A stretch of DNA of 64,000 bases, taken from Minisyncoccota bacterium (lineage in GTDB: Bacteria > Patescibacteriota > Microgenomatia > UBA1400 > PJMF01). The DNA lies in the NCBI GenBank assembly GCA_018657765.1, contig JABHWM010000005.1, positions 65,138-129,137 on the forward strand, in the 5' to 3' direction. The notes beneath the pieces were generated by a model. It ran no database searches, was not told the origin of the DNA, and saw nothing but the letters and a program-made list of their open reading frames with translations. Numbering within the stretch: the first letter of the stretch is position 1; each line of letters begins with the position of its first letter. The position numbers and the translations under genes were made by a program. Of this stretch, positions 9,632-19,639 are shown one piece after another.

Positions 9632-11353
9632 ATGAAAACATTTTTAAAATTATTAAAAAATGAGCAAAAGAAAAAACTCTTTTTTGCAAGTTTATTTATT
9701 ATTATTTTTTCTTTATTTATATCTAGGAATCTTTTTACTGATTCTTTGCCTCGTACAGATGATTTAGAGTTACATGGCGCTCGTTTGGCTAATTACTATT
9801 TAGCAATTAAACAAAATCAATTTCCTCCGTATTGGGGGCCTAATTTGAACTATGGTTTTGGTTACCCTATTTTTCTTTTTTCTTATCAATTTCCATATAT
9901 AACGGCTGTTATTTTTTATTTTTTAGGATTGAGTATTGAGATTAGTCTTAATTTAACAATGACTATTTTTATTATTAGTGGTGGTTTAGGAATGTTCTAT
10001 CTTTCTTATATAAAAAATAAAAATATTTTATTAGCTATTACTTCAGCACTAATTTATCAAACAACTCCATATATGTTGTTAAATATTTTTGTAAGAGGTG
10101 CTCTTGGAGAAATTTCTTTTTTAGGAATTTTACCCTGGATTTTTATTTTTATAGAGCTTAGAAAAAAATCTAATCAGTGGTGGTATAAAATTTTTAGTAT
10201 TTTTATATTTTCTAGTTTAATTTTATCTCATCCAGTATCTTTAGTAGTGGCTGGGCCGCTTATTTTAATTTGGTTGTTTTTTGATGGTTTCTATTTTGAA
10301 TTAAAAAATTGGAAAAAAAATAATTATGCAATTAAATTTTTATTTAATGGTTTTTTGAGTTTAGGAATAACAGCTTTTTATTGGCTGCCTTTTATTTTTG
10401 AGAAAAAATATATTGTTATTGATGGTCACAACATAATTAATAACTTTTCTAATAGATTTTTACCAGTCAAACAATTACTATTTTCTAGATGGGGTCATGG
10501 TGGAGCTGATATAAGTATTCCTAATGATGTTTTTCCAGCTACTCTTGGTTTATCTATTTTAGTCATTTTATTTTATTCATTAATAAAATTAATTAAATTC
10601 TTGAAAAAAGAGAATTCAATAAAAAAATACAAGGATGTTATTTTTTGGTTAGTAGTTTTCTTTTTATCAGTATTTTTAATGTTACCAATCTCTAAAAAAG
10701 TTTGGAATTTTTCAAAAGTTCTTCCATATCTTCAATATCCATGGCGTTTATTATGGGTAAGCACTTTTTCTGGAATAATGATTTTAAATTCATGGAAAAA
10801 AATAAATAAATTTATTTTGTATATTATATTGGTAATAGTTTTACATCATTCTATTTTTTACACCAATCCAGTTGGTTATATTAGTAATTCAAATCATGAT
10901 TGGTTGGAGTATTTTGGAACATCTACATCAGATAATGAGCTGAAAGCAAAATGGTTTGATGAGCATAAAAACATAGGTATTACCGAGAAAATTGTATTAA
11001 ACCCTCCAAGTTCAAATCAAAAAATAGATATTAGTTCATGGAACGGCTCAGAAATGGTTTATGAAATAGAAACTGATAGTTCTACTAATGTTTTACAAAA
11101 AACTATGTATTTCCCTGGATGGGAGGCTGTTGTTGATGGTGAGAAAGTTGATATTAACTATATGAATGAAGAATTCCCAGGAAGAATTAATTTCTCTTTA
11201 GAAAAAGGAAAACATAATATAAAAGTTAACTTTACTAATAATACTCCAGCTAGAAAAACAGGTCTTTATTTAACATTGGTTAGTATAATTACTTATATTG
11301 TAGTAATTTTATTCTCTTTATTTAAAACTATAAAAAACAATAAAAATCAATGA
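9632..11353 (+). CDS. YfhO/PTPS-related-type GT-C membrane protein (family B, copy 2)
   Basis: The track ORF starts at TTG 9614; ATG 9632 lies just after the upstream stop. Blocks present: HGARLANYYLAIKQNQFPPYWGPNLNYGFGYPIFLF, LQYPWRLLW, and C-terminal YFPGWEAVVDGEKV...KGKHNIKVNF. Confidence 0.6.
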   Translation: MKTFLKLLKNEQKKKLFFASLFIIIFSLFISRNLFTDSLPRTDDLELHGARLANYYLAIKQNQFPPYWGPNLNYGFGYPIFLFSYQFPYITAVIFYFLGLSIEISLNLTMTIFIISGGLGMFYLSYIKNKNILLAITSALIYQTTPYMLLNIFVRGALGEISFLGILPWIFIFIELRKKSNQWWYKIFSIFIFSSLILSHPVSLVVAGPLILIWLFFDGFYFELKNWKKNNYAIKFLFNGFLSLGITAFYWLPFIFEKKYIVIDGHNIINNFSNRFLPVKQLLFSRWGHGGADISIPNDVFPATLGLSILVILFYSLIKLIKFLKKENSIKKYKDVIFWLVVFFLSVFLMLPISKKVWNFSKVLPYLQYPWRLLWVSTFSGIMILNSWKKINKFILYIILVIVLHHSIFYTNPVGYISNSNHDWLEYFGTSTSDNELKAKWFDEHKNIGITEKIVLNPPSSNQKIDISSWNGSEMVYEIETDSSTNVLQKTMYFPGWEAVVDGEKVDINYMNEEFPGRINFSLEKGKHNIKVNFTNNTPARKTGLYLTLVSIITYIVVILFSLFKTIKNNKNQ

Positions 11354-11377
11354 TTTAGGATCATCTAGCTTGGCTTA

Positions 11378-11406
11378 TTGTAAGCACCTTTTCTAGAGGG
11401 TACAAT
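11378..11406 (+). promoter_or_regulatory. sigma70-like promoter candidate (TTGTAA-N17-TACAAT)
   Basis: -35 TTGTAA at 11378..11383, a 17-nt spacer, and -10 TACAAT at 11401..11406. It sits 11 nt upstream of the ATG at 11418, in one of the few real intergenic gaps of the array. Confidence 0.35.
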
Positions 11407-11417
11407 GGAAAATACAT

Positions 11418-12326
11418 ATGACAAATAAGCTATCTGTTGTTATTAATACTAAAAATGTTTCCAAGACTTTAGAAACAACATTGAAATCTATTGACTTTGC
11501 TGATGACATTGTTGTTGTTGATATGGAGAGTACTGATGAAACTCTTTTGATTGCTAAAAAATACACCAAGAGAATTTTTCAACATGAAGATGTTGGCTAT
11601 GCAGATCCTGCTCGTAATTTTGCTATTTCTAAGGCAAAACATAATTGGATACTGGTGGTAGATGCAGATGAAGTTATTTCAAAAGATTTACAAACAATAA
11701 TTTTGAGCACTATTTCAGATAAAAATACTGCTGATATTTATCATTTCCCTAGAAAGAACTTTGTTTTCGGGAAATGGATTATGAAGACAGGTTGGTGGCC
11801 TGATTATCAACCCCGTCTTTTCAAAAAAGGAGCTGTTTCCTGGCAGGTAGGGGTTCATCGTTTACCAGATATGGTTGGTAAACAAGAAAAATTTCCTGCT
11901 GAAGAAAAATATGCTATAGAACATGCTAACTATAAAGACATTTCTCATTTTATAGAAAAACTGAATCACTATACTTCTATTCAAGCAAAAGAACGCTTAT
12001 TAAAGTCATCTAAAGATGATTTCTCTTCTAGTGAAATGTTCGAGATTTTTGCAAATGAATTGGCAAAGCGTTCTCTAATGATGAATGGTACAGAAGAAGG
12101 TTTGCATGGTACTTCGCTCTCATTTTTACAAGCAACTTATGAAGCAGTCATTTATTTGAAACAATGGGGAGAAATGGGATCAAAAGAAACTCAACCAGAG
12201 GACTTCGGATTAATACTGCAAAAAATGCAAAAAATATGGAGATATTGGTGGGCTGATTATAGAGTAAGAAACACTTCTGGTTTATCTAATATTTATTGGA
12301 AGATAAGAAGAAAATTCAAAATATAG
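11418..12326 (+). CDS. family 2 glycosyltransferase (WaaE-like subfamily, copy 1)
   Basis: GT-A blocks LSVVINTKNVSKTLETTLKSI...VVVDMESTDET and VVDADEV. Shares WWPDYQPRLFKKG with the paralogs at 15091 and 27859. Confidence 0.75.
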   Translation: MTNKLSVVINTKNVSKTLETTLKSIDFADDIVVVDMESTDETLLIAKKYTKRIFQHEDVGYADPARNFAISKAKHNWILVVDADEVISKDLQTIILSTISDKNTADIYHFPRKNFVFGKWIMKTGWWPDYQPRLFKKGAVSWQVGVHRLPDMVGKQEKFPAEEKYAIEHANYKDISHFIEKLNHYTSIQAKERLLKSSKDDFSSSEMFEIFANELAKRSLMMNGTEEGLHGTSLSFLQATYEAVIYLKQWGEMGSKETQPEDFGLILQKMQKIWRYWWADYRVRNTSGLSNIYWKIRRKFKI

Positions 12327-12368
12327 TATTTATTCTTTTTTATTGGAAGTTAGAAAGAAAAGTTTTTT

Positions 12369-14102
12369 ATGAAAAATCTATTTAAAAATAAATTATTTTT
12401 ATTAGGTTTAATTGTCATATTAGCTTGTTTTCTTAGGTTTTTTAAATTAGGCAGTGTTCCCCTAGAGCTAAATAGAGATGAAGCCTCTCTTGGATATACA
12501 GCTTACTCTATTTTAAAAACAGGTCGTGAAGAGCATGGTCAGTTTTGGCCTATTCAAATAGAGTCTTTTGGTGACTGGAAACTTCCTTTATATGTTTATA
12601 GCTTGATTCCATTTATAGCTGTTTTTGGTCTAGAAGCTTGGGTTGTTAGATTACCTTCTGCACTAGTCGGGATAGGAATTATTATTGTTAGTCACTTTTT
12701 AGTTTTGAGGTTATTTGACAAAACACAGAAAAAAAATTTATTAGCTATTTTAATTCCTTTATTATTAGCTGTTAGCCCATGGCAAATTCATTTTTCTCAT
12801 GTTGCTTATGAAGCGCACCTTAGTATGTTTTTATTTATTCTGGGTTTATTGGGATTTTTGATTGTTAAGGAGAAATTTTTAAAGTTAAAAATAAGAGATA
12901 TTCGGTTGTTTAGTTTATCAATGTTATCTTGGGCAGTTACTTTATTGGGTTACCATGCTTATCAGGCTTTTATTCCTTTGTTTTTTATTAGTATGATGTT
13001 TTTCTATAGAGATTTTTTGAAAAGATTTTTTACTGACAAAAATGGTAAATATTTTTTCAAAGATTTATTTATTGCTTTGTTACCTTTTATGATAATAGGG
13101 TCAGTATTGATAGCTAGTGGAGTTAGTGGAGCTAATAAAACTAAGTTTTCTGGTCTTTCTATATTTAGTCCTCAATCTTATTCTTTGGAAGTTGGTAAAG
13201 AACGACAAATGTTGCCAAGTCCTAATCACCCATTTTTTGTATTTGTAATAAATAAATATACTTCTATCGTAAATCAGATAGAAACAAATTTCTTTAATTT
13301 AATTTCTCCAGATTTTCTTTTTATTAGAGGTGGTAACAATGGGGCACACAATATTACAGGATATGGTAATTTGTACTCATTTTTATTTTTTGGTCTAGTT
13401 GTGGGAATAGTCTCTATTTTTATAAGCTCATCTGAAAGTTTATCTATCTTGGGTATTTGGTTAATAACAGCATCAGTTGCTCCAATGATTACTTTTGCGG
13501 CTAATCATACAGTTCGTTTTTCACCAGGATTTATACCTGCAGAGATATTATCTGTTTATGGCTGGTTAGTTATTTTTAATATTTTACGTAAAAAAATATC
13601 AGCTAAGTTTTTTAAGATTATATTATCTATTTTCTTTATAGTAGTTTTTTACTTAGTCTATAAATTTTTGGTTACTTATTATTTTATCTTTCCAAGGAGA
13701 GACTTAGAGCGTTGGTCATGGCAGATGAAATCAGTAGTTTTTCAGGTTGATGTTTTGAAAGATAACTATGACAAAGTTATTGTTCAAGATGAGCAGAGTT
13801 CTCCATACATTTACTTTTTATTTCATCTCAAAGTAGATCCCGAAACTCTATCAGAAAGAATAGAATACTATCCAGTAGATAATGAAGGCTTTAAACACGT
13901 AAAGCGTTTTGATAATATTTACTTTGAGAAAATAGATTGGGAAATCAGAAACTATTCTGATGAAAATAGATTATTTGTTGTTTCTAACCAAGAAATACCT
14001 GATTATAATAGATTTAATGAAAATTTTTCTTTGATAGAAGTTTTAGAAAATGATAATGTTAAGAAAGAAGTAGAGTTTTGGAGTTATCAGTCTCTTCAGT
14101 AA
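12369..14102 (+). CDS. ArnT/PMT-like GT-C membrane glycosyltransferase, family A copy 2
   Basis: Blocks LNRDEASLGYTAYSILKTGREEHGQFWPIQIESFGDWKLPLYVY, SPWQIHFSHVAYEAHL and PDFLFIRGGNNGAHN. Multi-pass with a soluble C-terminus. Confidence 0.65.
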   Translation: MKNLFKNKLFLLGLIVILACFLRFFKLGSVPLELNRDEASLGYTAYSILKTGREEHGQFWPIQIESFGDWKLPLYVYSLIPFIAVFGLEAWVVRLPSALVGIGIIIVSHFLVLRLFDKTQKKNLLAILIPLLLAVSPWQIHFSHVAYEAHLSMFLFILGLLGFLIVKEKFLKLKIRDIRLFSLSMLSWAVTLLGYHAYQAFIPLFFISMMFFYRDFLKRFFTDKNGKYFFKDLFIALLPFMIIGSVLIASGVSGANKTKFSGLSIFSPQSYSLEVGKERQMLPSPNHPFFVFVINKYTSIVNQIETNFFNLISPDFLFIRGGNNGAHNITGYGNLYSFLFFGLVVGIVSIFISSSESLSILGIWLITASVAPMITFAANHTVRFSPGFIPAEILSVYGWLVIFNILRKKISAKFFKIILSIFFIVVFYLVYKFLVTYYFIFPRRDLERWSWQMKSVVFQVDVLKDNYDKVIVQDEQSSPYIYFLFHLKVDPETLSERIEYYPVDNEGFKHVKRFDNIYFEKIDWEIRNYSDENRLFVVSNQEIPDYNRFNENFSLIEVLENDNVKKEVEFWSYQSLQ

Positions 14103-14136
14103 AATAACTCAGTAACCAGTATAATGTAAGGATACT

Positions 14137-15054
14137 ATGGAACACGTCACAACTCTTATTGTTAACTATAATACTCCTAAAGATACAGAGCTCGCTATTC
14201 GTTCTGCCGTAAACGCTAGAGCAGATGGCTTCGTACATCAAGTTATAGTGGTCGATAATGGCTCTAAGGAGCCACTTAAATTATCTAAAGATATGGAAAA
14301 AGCAGGTGTAGTTCTAATTAGAAGTGCTGCTAATCTTGGTTTTACTGGTGGTAATAATCTAGCTATGAGCCATGCAGTTAAAGAATTTCAGACTGATTAT
14401 TTTTTCTTATTAAACCCTGATGCAGAAGTAGAAAAAGATGGGGTTCAAAAATTATATGAGGCTATTAAAGATGATCCAAAAGCTGGTATAGCTGTCTCAA
14501 AGATATATTTCACTCCTGGACTTGAATATCATAGAAAAAGCTACTCTAGAGCAGAAAAAGGGAAAGTTATTTGGTATGCAGGTGGAAGTATTGATTGGCC
14601 CAATTTAGTTGCTGACCATAGAGGAGTTGATGAAGTAGATAGAAAGCAATTTGATCACCAGACAACTTGTGATTTTGCTACAGGTTGTGCTCTTTTTGTA
14701 AAAAGAGTAGTCACAGAACATATTGGTATTTTGGATAAAAAATTCTTTTTATATTCTGAAGATGTTGATTTTAGTCTACGAGCCAAAAAAGCTGGTTATA
14801 AAATTGTTTTTGTCCCAGAGTCTATTGTTTGGCACATGAATGGAGGCTCTATGCCTGGAGGAGTAGGATCAGGATTTCAACAATATTATCAAACAAGAAA
14901 TAGACTTTTAATTTCTGCTTTACACGGCAGTTGGAGAAACAAGTTAACTGCTTTGAGATTTGCTTTTAATACTTTTTTTAATGGTTCTGATGCAGAAAGA
15001 AAAGGAGTTATGGACTTCTTTTTATTGAGATTTGGAAAACAATCAGTCGTATAA
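14137..15054 (+). CDS. family 2 glycosyltransferase (rhamnosyltransferase-like)
   Basis: Blocks LIVNYNTPKDT, VVDNGSKE, NLGFTGGNN, LLNPDAEV and FLYSEDVDFSLRAKKAGYKIVFVPESIVWH. Confidence 0.75.
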   Translation: MEHVTTLIVNYNTPKDTELAIRSAVNARADGFVHQVIVVDNGSKEPLKLSKDMEKAGVVLIRSAANLGFTGGNNLAMSHAVKEFQTDYFFLLNPDAEVEKDGVQKLYEAIKDDPKAGIAVSKIYFTPGLEYHRKSYSRAEKGKVIWYAGGSIDWPNLVADHRGVDEVDRKQFDHQTTCDFATGCALFVKRVVTEHIGILDKKFFLYSEDVDFSLRAKKAGYKIVFVPESIVWHMNGGSMPGGVGSGFQQYYQTRNRLLISALHGSWRNKLTALRFAFNTFFNGSDAERKGVMDFFLLRFGKQSVV

Positions 15055-15090
15055 CTTATTAAGTTGTAACTTTAGGTTTTAGAGATAATC

Positions 15091-15921
15091 ATGGATAAGA
15101 AAAAGATGAAAATATCAGCAATTATTTTGGCAAAAGATGAATCATCAATGATAGAGGGTTGTATTAATTCTCTTGATTGGTGTGATGAGATTTTATTGGT
15201 TGATAATGGATCATCAGATGATACTGTCATTAAAGCTGAAAACCTCGGTGCCAGAGTGATTAGTTTTTCTCATCCTTCTTTTGCTAGAAAAAGAAACGAA
15301 GGTTTAAAACACGCTACTGGTGACTGGATTTTTTATATTGATGCAGATGAAAGGGTTACTCCTACTTTTGCCAAAGAAATTTTGGTTCATATAGAGACTG
15401 GTGAGGCTACTGTTTTAGAATCTCAAAGAAAAAACTATTGTTATGGCTTTCCTTTCTCTTATGGAGGCTGGCAAGATGATTTTGTAACTAGAATTTTCAA
15501 AAAAGAATCTCTCAAAGAATGGACAGGTAAAATTCATGAGAGCCCTGTTTATGAAGGAACAGTTGTAAAACTTCATTCTTCACTAATACATTTAACTCAC
15601 AGAAGTACGGAAGATAACCTTAGAAAATCTGCAGACTGGACAAAACTGGAGGCAGACCTTTTATATAAAGCTGGAGAAAAACCAGTTAATCTTTTTACAT
15701 TGGTTCGTAAAGGAGTAATGGAGTTTTTTAGAAGAGTTGTTTTGAAAAAAGGATACAAAGATGGAATGCCTGGAGTTATAGAAGGAGTTGTTCAAGGAAT
15801 AAATAGAATGATTATTTATATCCAGGTTTGGGAGTTACAACAAAAACCTTCTTTATCAGATAGATACTCTAAAAAAGAAACAGAGATTAAAAATCTTTGG
15901 AAAAAAGAGAAAAACATTTAA
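15091..15921 (+). CDS. family 2 glycosyltransferase (WaaE-like subfamily, copy 2)
   Basis: Blocks ISAIILAKDESSMIEGCINSL...LLVDNGSSDDT and YIDADERV. The C-terminal block YKDGMPGVIEGVVQGINRMIIYIQVWELQQK is shared with ORF 27859. Confidence 0.75.
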   Translation: MDKKKMKISAIILAKDESSMIEGCINSLDWCDEILLVDNGSSDDTVIKAENLGARVISFSHPSFARKRNEGLKHATGDWIFYIDADERVTPTFAKEILVHIETGEATVLESQRKNYCYGFPFSYGGWQDDFVTRIFKKESLKEWTGKIHESPVYEGTVVKLHSSLIHLTHRSTEDNLRKSADWTKLEADLLYKAGEKPVNLFTLVRKGVMEFFRRVVLKKGYKDGMPGVIEGVVQGINRMIIYIQVWELQQKPSLSDRYSKKETEIKNLWKKEKNI

Positions 15922-15925
15922 AGTT

Positions 15926-17041
15926 ATGAAAACCTGCCTTTATTCTCCATATTTTCCCAAACATGTTGGTGGTGGAGAAAAGTATTTCTTGGATGTAGCT
16001 AGAGCTCTTTCTAGATATGGAGATGTTTCATTGGCTATTCCTAATGATCAGCCAGATTCCTCTGAAAAAATTTATGATAGATATGAAAAATTTCTAGGAA
16101 AAAGCATAGAAGACTTCTCTTTAATAAAATCTCCACTTGGGTCATCTGCTTCTTTTATAAAAAAATTACTATGGACTCGTCAATTTGATTTATTATATTC
16201 ATTTACTGATGGGAGTCTTTTCCCAAGTTTTGCCAAAAAAAATATTTTACATATTCAAACTCCATTGAAAAGAGAACCAGCTTCTTTTATAGAAAAATGT
16301 AAGATTGCTTCTTGGAGTTTTATTAATACAAATTCTGAGTTTACAAAAAATGTTGTAGAAAAATTCTGGAAAATAAAAGTAAATGCGGTACACCATCCAA
16401 TGGTTGATGTTCTGGAAATAGAGAATCTACAAAAAACCATAAAAAAAGAAAAAGTTATTCTTCATGTTGGTAGATTTTTTAGGCAACTTCATAGTAAAAG
16501 ACAAGATGTTTTGGTAGATTTTTTTGCAGAACTAATTAAGAAAGATCCAGATAACTCAAAGGATTGGAAACTAGTTTTGATTGGATCTGTTGAGGATCAA
16601 GATTATGCTGCAGAAGTTCTGAAAAAAGCTCAAGGATTACCTATAGAGATTATCCATTCTGTTAGTAGGCCTGAACTCAATGAGTGGTATGCAAAAGCAA
16701 GTATTTACTGGCATGCGACTGGTTTTGGAGTTGATGAACTAGATTACCCAGAAAAAATGGAGCATTTTGGAATTTCTACAGGAGAAGCAATGGCTGGAGG
16801 AGCAGTTCCTGTAGTTATTAATGCAGGAGGACAACCAGAAGTACTAGGAAAGAATCTTGAAAAATGGCTTTGGAAGGATATGGATTCTTGTCTTGAAAAG
16901 ACTTTAGAACTTATGAATAATGAAAGTAAGAGAAATGAATGGAGCTTAAAATCAGCACAACAAGTTCATAATTTTGATCAAGAACATTTTGAAAAAAATA
17001 TAGATAAAATGATGAATCAGCTAGGTTTAAAAAAAATATAA
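15926..17041 (+). CDS. GT-B fold glycosyltransferase (GT4-like)
   Basis: E-x7-E type block EHFGISTGEAMAGGAVPVVINAGGQPEV and HVGRFFRQLHSKRQD. Confidence 0.7.
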   Translation: MKTCLYSPYFPKHVGGGEKYFLDVARALSRYGDVSLAIPNDQPDSSEKIYDRYEKFLGKSIEDFSLIKSPLGSSASFIKKLLWTRQFDLLYSFTDGSLFPSFAKKNILHIQTPLKREPASFIEKCKIASWSFINTNSEFTKNVVEKFWKIKVNAVHHPMVDVLEIENLQKTIKKEKVILHVGRFFRQLHSKRQDVLVDFFAELIKKDPDNSKDWKLVLIGSVEDQDYAAEVLKKAQGLPIEIIHSVSRPELNEWYAKASIYWHATGFGVDELDYPEKMEHFGISTGEAMAGGAVPVVINAGGQPEVLGKNLEKWLWKDMDSCLEKTLELMNNESKRNEWSLKSAQQVHNFDQEHFEKNIDKMMNQLGLKKI

Positions 17042-17069
17042 TTTGAAAAAATTTAAACAAGGAAACAAA

Positions 17070-17924
17070 ATGAAAAAAAATAGACCAGGTATTTCAGCGA
17101 TAATCCCTTCTTATAAAGGTAGACAGTTAATGGAAAAATATCTGCCTGCTTTATTTGATAATTTGGAAAATGGCGATGAACTAATTGTGGTAGAAGATAC
17201 TGGCCCAGATGATACAGTTCCTTGGATGAAAAAAGAGTTTTCTATGAAGAGTATTCAAGCACCTTTTGCAGGAGTAGATACTTACAAAGGAATATTTTCT
17301 AAAAATAATAAAAAAATAGATGTGGTTTTACTATATAACCAAAAAAATCAGCGTTTTGGTGTTACTTCCAATAGAGGAGTAGAGGCAGCAAAACATGATT
17401 TAATTTTTCTAGTTAATAATGATGTTGCTCCTCACAAAGATTGTGTGAAGTATTTAGTTCCTTATTTTGAAGATACCTCTGTTTTTGCTGTTGGGCCTTT
17501 GGAGATAGAACATGGAGAGAGGAAAGGTAAGAATAAGCTGTGGTTTGAGCGAGGAATGTTTATTCATTCTGCAGCAGACCTCAAAAGTGGACCTACTGCC
17601 TGGGTAAGTGGTGGAAGTGGTTTATTTGATAAAAAGAAATGGTTAGAAATTGGTGGTTTTGATAAATTATATTATCCAGCTTATTGGGAGGATATTGATC
17701 TTTCTTATCAAGCCAGAAAAAGAGGTTGGAAAGTATTGTTTGAAGAAAAAGCGGTAGTAGATCACAATCATGAAACAACTAATGTGAGTGTTTTTGGTAA
17801 ACGAAAAATGGATCAAATGAGTTGGAAAAATGGTTGTAAGTTTGCTTGGAAAAATAGTAATTTTTGGCAAAAGGTGTCATTCATTTTATGGAAGCCTTAT
17901 TGGTTATTAGTGCGTAACTCATGA
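17070..17924 (+). CDS. family 2 glycosyltransferase
   Basis: The track ORF starts at TTG 17043; ATG 17070 has AAGGA 9 nt upstream. Blocks ISAIIPSYKG, VVEDTGPDDT, LVNNDVAP and YWEDIDLSYQARKRGWKV. Confidence 0.75.
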   Translation: MKKNRPGISAIIPSYKGRQLMEKYLPALFDNLENGDELIVVEDTGPDDTVPWMKKEFSMKSIQAPFAGVDTYKGIFSKNNKKIDVVLLYNQKNQRFGVTSNRGVEAAKHDLIFLVNNDVAPHKDCVKYLVPYFEDTSVFAVGPLEIEHGERKGKNKLWFERGMFIHSAADLKSGPTAWVSGGSGLFDKKKWLEIGGFDKLYYPAYWEDIDLSYQARKRGWKVLFEEKAVVDHNHETTNVSVFGKRKMDQMSWKNGCKFAWKNSNFWQKVSFILWKPYWLLVRNS

Positions 17925-19588
17925 AAAAATTAAAAACCTTTAGCTGTTCATTTTCTCCACGTCAGTTTTTTTGGACGAGCTTAGGTATTTTATTATTGGC
18001 AACTTTATTAAGATTCTATCAATTGGGAAATATTCCACATGGAATGACTTGGGATGAAGCAGCTATTGGTTACAACGGATATGCTGTTTTTACTACTCGT
18101 CGGGATGAATGGTTAAAAAGACTACCTATTTCTTTTTGGTCTTTTGGTGATTACAAAGCTCCGCTAGCTATTTATATTAATGGATTTTCTACTTTTATTT
18201 TTGGGATGAATCTCTTTGCAGTAAGATTTCCTTTTGCAGTAGCTGGAGTTTTGGCAATATTAGGAATGATTCTGTTTTTAAGAAGTTTTTTGGAGGATAT
18301 AGAACAGCTGTCGCCATCAAAAGCACGGTTTTGGGCAGTTGTAGGAGGTGGTTTTTTGATGCTTTCTCCTTGGCATTTACATTACTCTAGAGCTGGATTT
18401 GAATCTGGTATGGCTTTATCTTTTGTGGTTTGGGGGTTATATTTCTGGCAAAAATTTTGGGGGAAATTCACTAATATTAGAAATTATAATGAAAATGAAA
18501 AATATGTTGGTTGGTGGTTAGTTTTTTCTGTGATTAGTTTTATAGCTTCTATTTATACTTACCACAGTGCAAAAATAATGGTGCCTATTTTGGGATTAGT
18601 TTTATTATGGCAACGAAGATTACAGTTAAAAAAAGTTATTAAAGAAATAAGTATTTCTAGTGTACTAGGTGGATTACTTTTATTGCCATTTTTATATGAT
18701 TCTTTTTTTGGTAAAGGATTAGAAAGAGCTGGAACTTTAATTTTTTCTCAGGGATTAAGTTTTGTAGAATTAATAAAAACAATAGGTTTACAAACATTAG
18801 CTCACCTAGACCCAAGATTTATATTTTTGGGAAAGACAACAACCTTGCGTCATGGAGATGGCCAGTGGGGAGTTCTATTGTTCACTACAGGTATAGTTTG
18901 TTTATATGCAATAGTTTTTTTCTTAAAAAAGAGATTAAGTAAAAGAAAAAATGATTTAGAAATCAATGGTTTTAATAAATTATTTTCTTTATCTTTACTA
19001 TTAATAGCGACTGGTTTATTACCGGCCATCATTGGAACTGAAGTACCCCATAGCAATAGAAGCTTATTAGCTCTTCCTGGATTTATTTTATTGGCAATTA
19101 CTGGATTACAATTAATTAGTAAAATATCCAGTGAAGTCATAAAGAGATCTCTACTAGGAACTTTATTGCTAATTCATCTGGTAATTTTTTCTAATTATCT
19201 TCATGACTATTATTATAATTTCTCAAGAGAAAGTGCTGCTTCTTTTCAAGATGGATATTTAGAAGCTTTTGAGTATGTTATTCCTTATGAAAAAGGTCTT
19301 AATGATAAACCTATAGTAGATAAAATTATTTTTACTAGTGATTATGGCCAGCCATATATTTATGCATTATTTGCAAGAAAAACTAACCCTATTTGGTATC
19401 AAGGTGGGTCATTAATTAAGTATGAATTTAAAGATGAAGTAACGATTGGGGACTTAGAACGAAAGAACACAATAGTCGTGGCAAGTAATGAAGATGAACT
19501 TCTTAGTAAAAATGATCAGGCAGATCATATTGTTTATGGGAGTGATGGTAGTATTAGATTTAGAATTTACTTAAACTTAGAAAGATAA
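17921..19588 (+). CDS. ArnT/PMT-like GT-C membrane glycosyltransferase, family A copy 3
   Basis: Blocks MTWDEAAIGYNGYAVFTTRRDEWLKRLPISFWSFGDYKAPLAIY, SPWHLHYSRAGFESGMA and VPHSNRSL. ATGA overlap with the upstream GT2. Confidence 0.65.
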   Translation: MKKLKTFSCSFSPRQFFWTSLGILLLATLLRFYQLGNIPHGMTWDEAAIGYNGYAVFTTRRDEWLKRLPISFWSFGDYKAPLAIYINGFSTFIFGMNLFAVRFPFAVAGVLAILGMILFLRSFLEDIEQLSPSKARFWAVVGGGFLMLSPWHLHYSRAGFESGMALSFVVWGLYFWQKFWGKFTNIRNYNENEKYVGWWLVFSVISFIASIYTYHSAKIMVPILGLVLLWQRRLQLKKVIKEISISSVLGGLLLLPFLYDSFFGKGLERAGTLIFSQGLSFVELIKTIGLQTLAHLDPRFIFLGKTTTLRHGDGQWGVLLFTTGIVCLYAIVFFLKKRLSKRKNDLEINGFNKLFSLSLLLIATGLLPAIIGTEVPHSNRSLLALPGFILLAITGLQLISKISSEVIKRSLLGTLLLIHLVIFSNYLHDYYYNFSRESAASFQDGYLEAFEYVIPYEKGLNDKPIVDKIIFTSDYGQPYIYALFARKTNPIWYQGGSLIKYEFKDEVTIGDLERKNTIVVASNEDELLSKNDQADHIVYGSDGSIRFRIYLNLER

Positions 19589-19639
19589 TCTTAAGGTGAT
19601 TTTATTTTACTAGTTTTAGTCAAAAGGTAAGTATAAATT

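Noticed and set aside
14120-14125. TATAAT hexamer upstream of the GT2 gene at 14137.
   Set aside because: No acceptable -35 element lies at 16-18 nt spacing, and such hexamers are expected by chance at this AT content.
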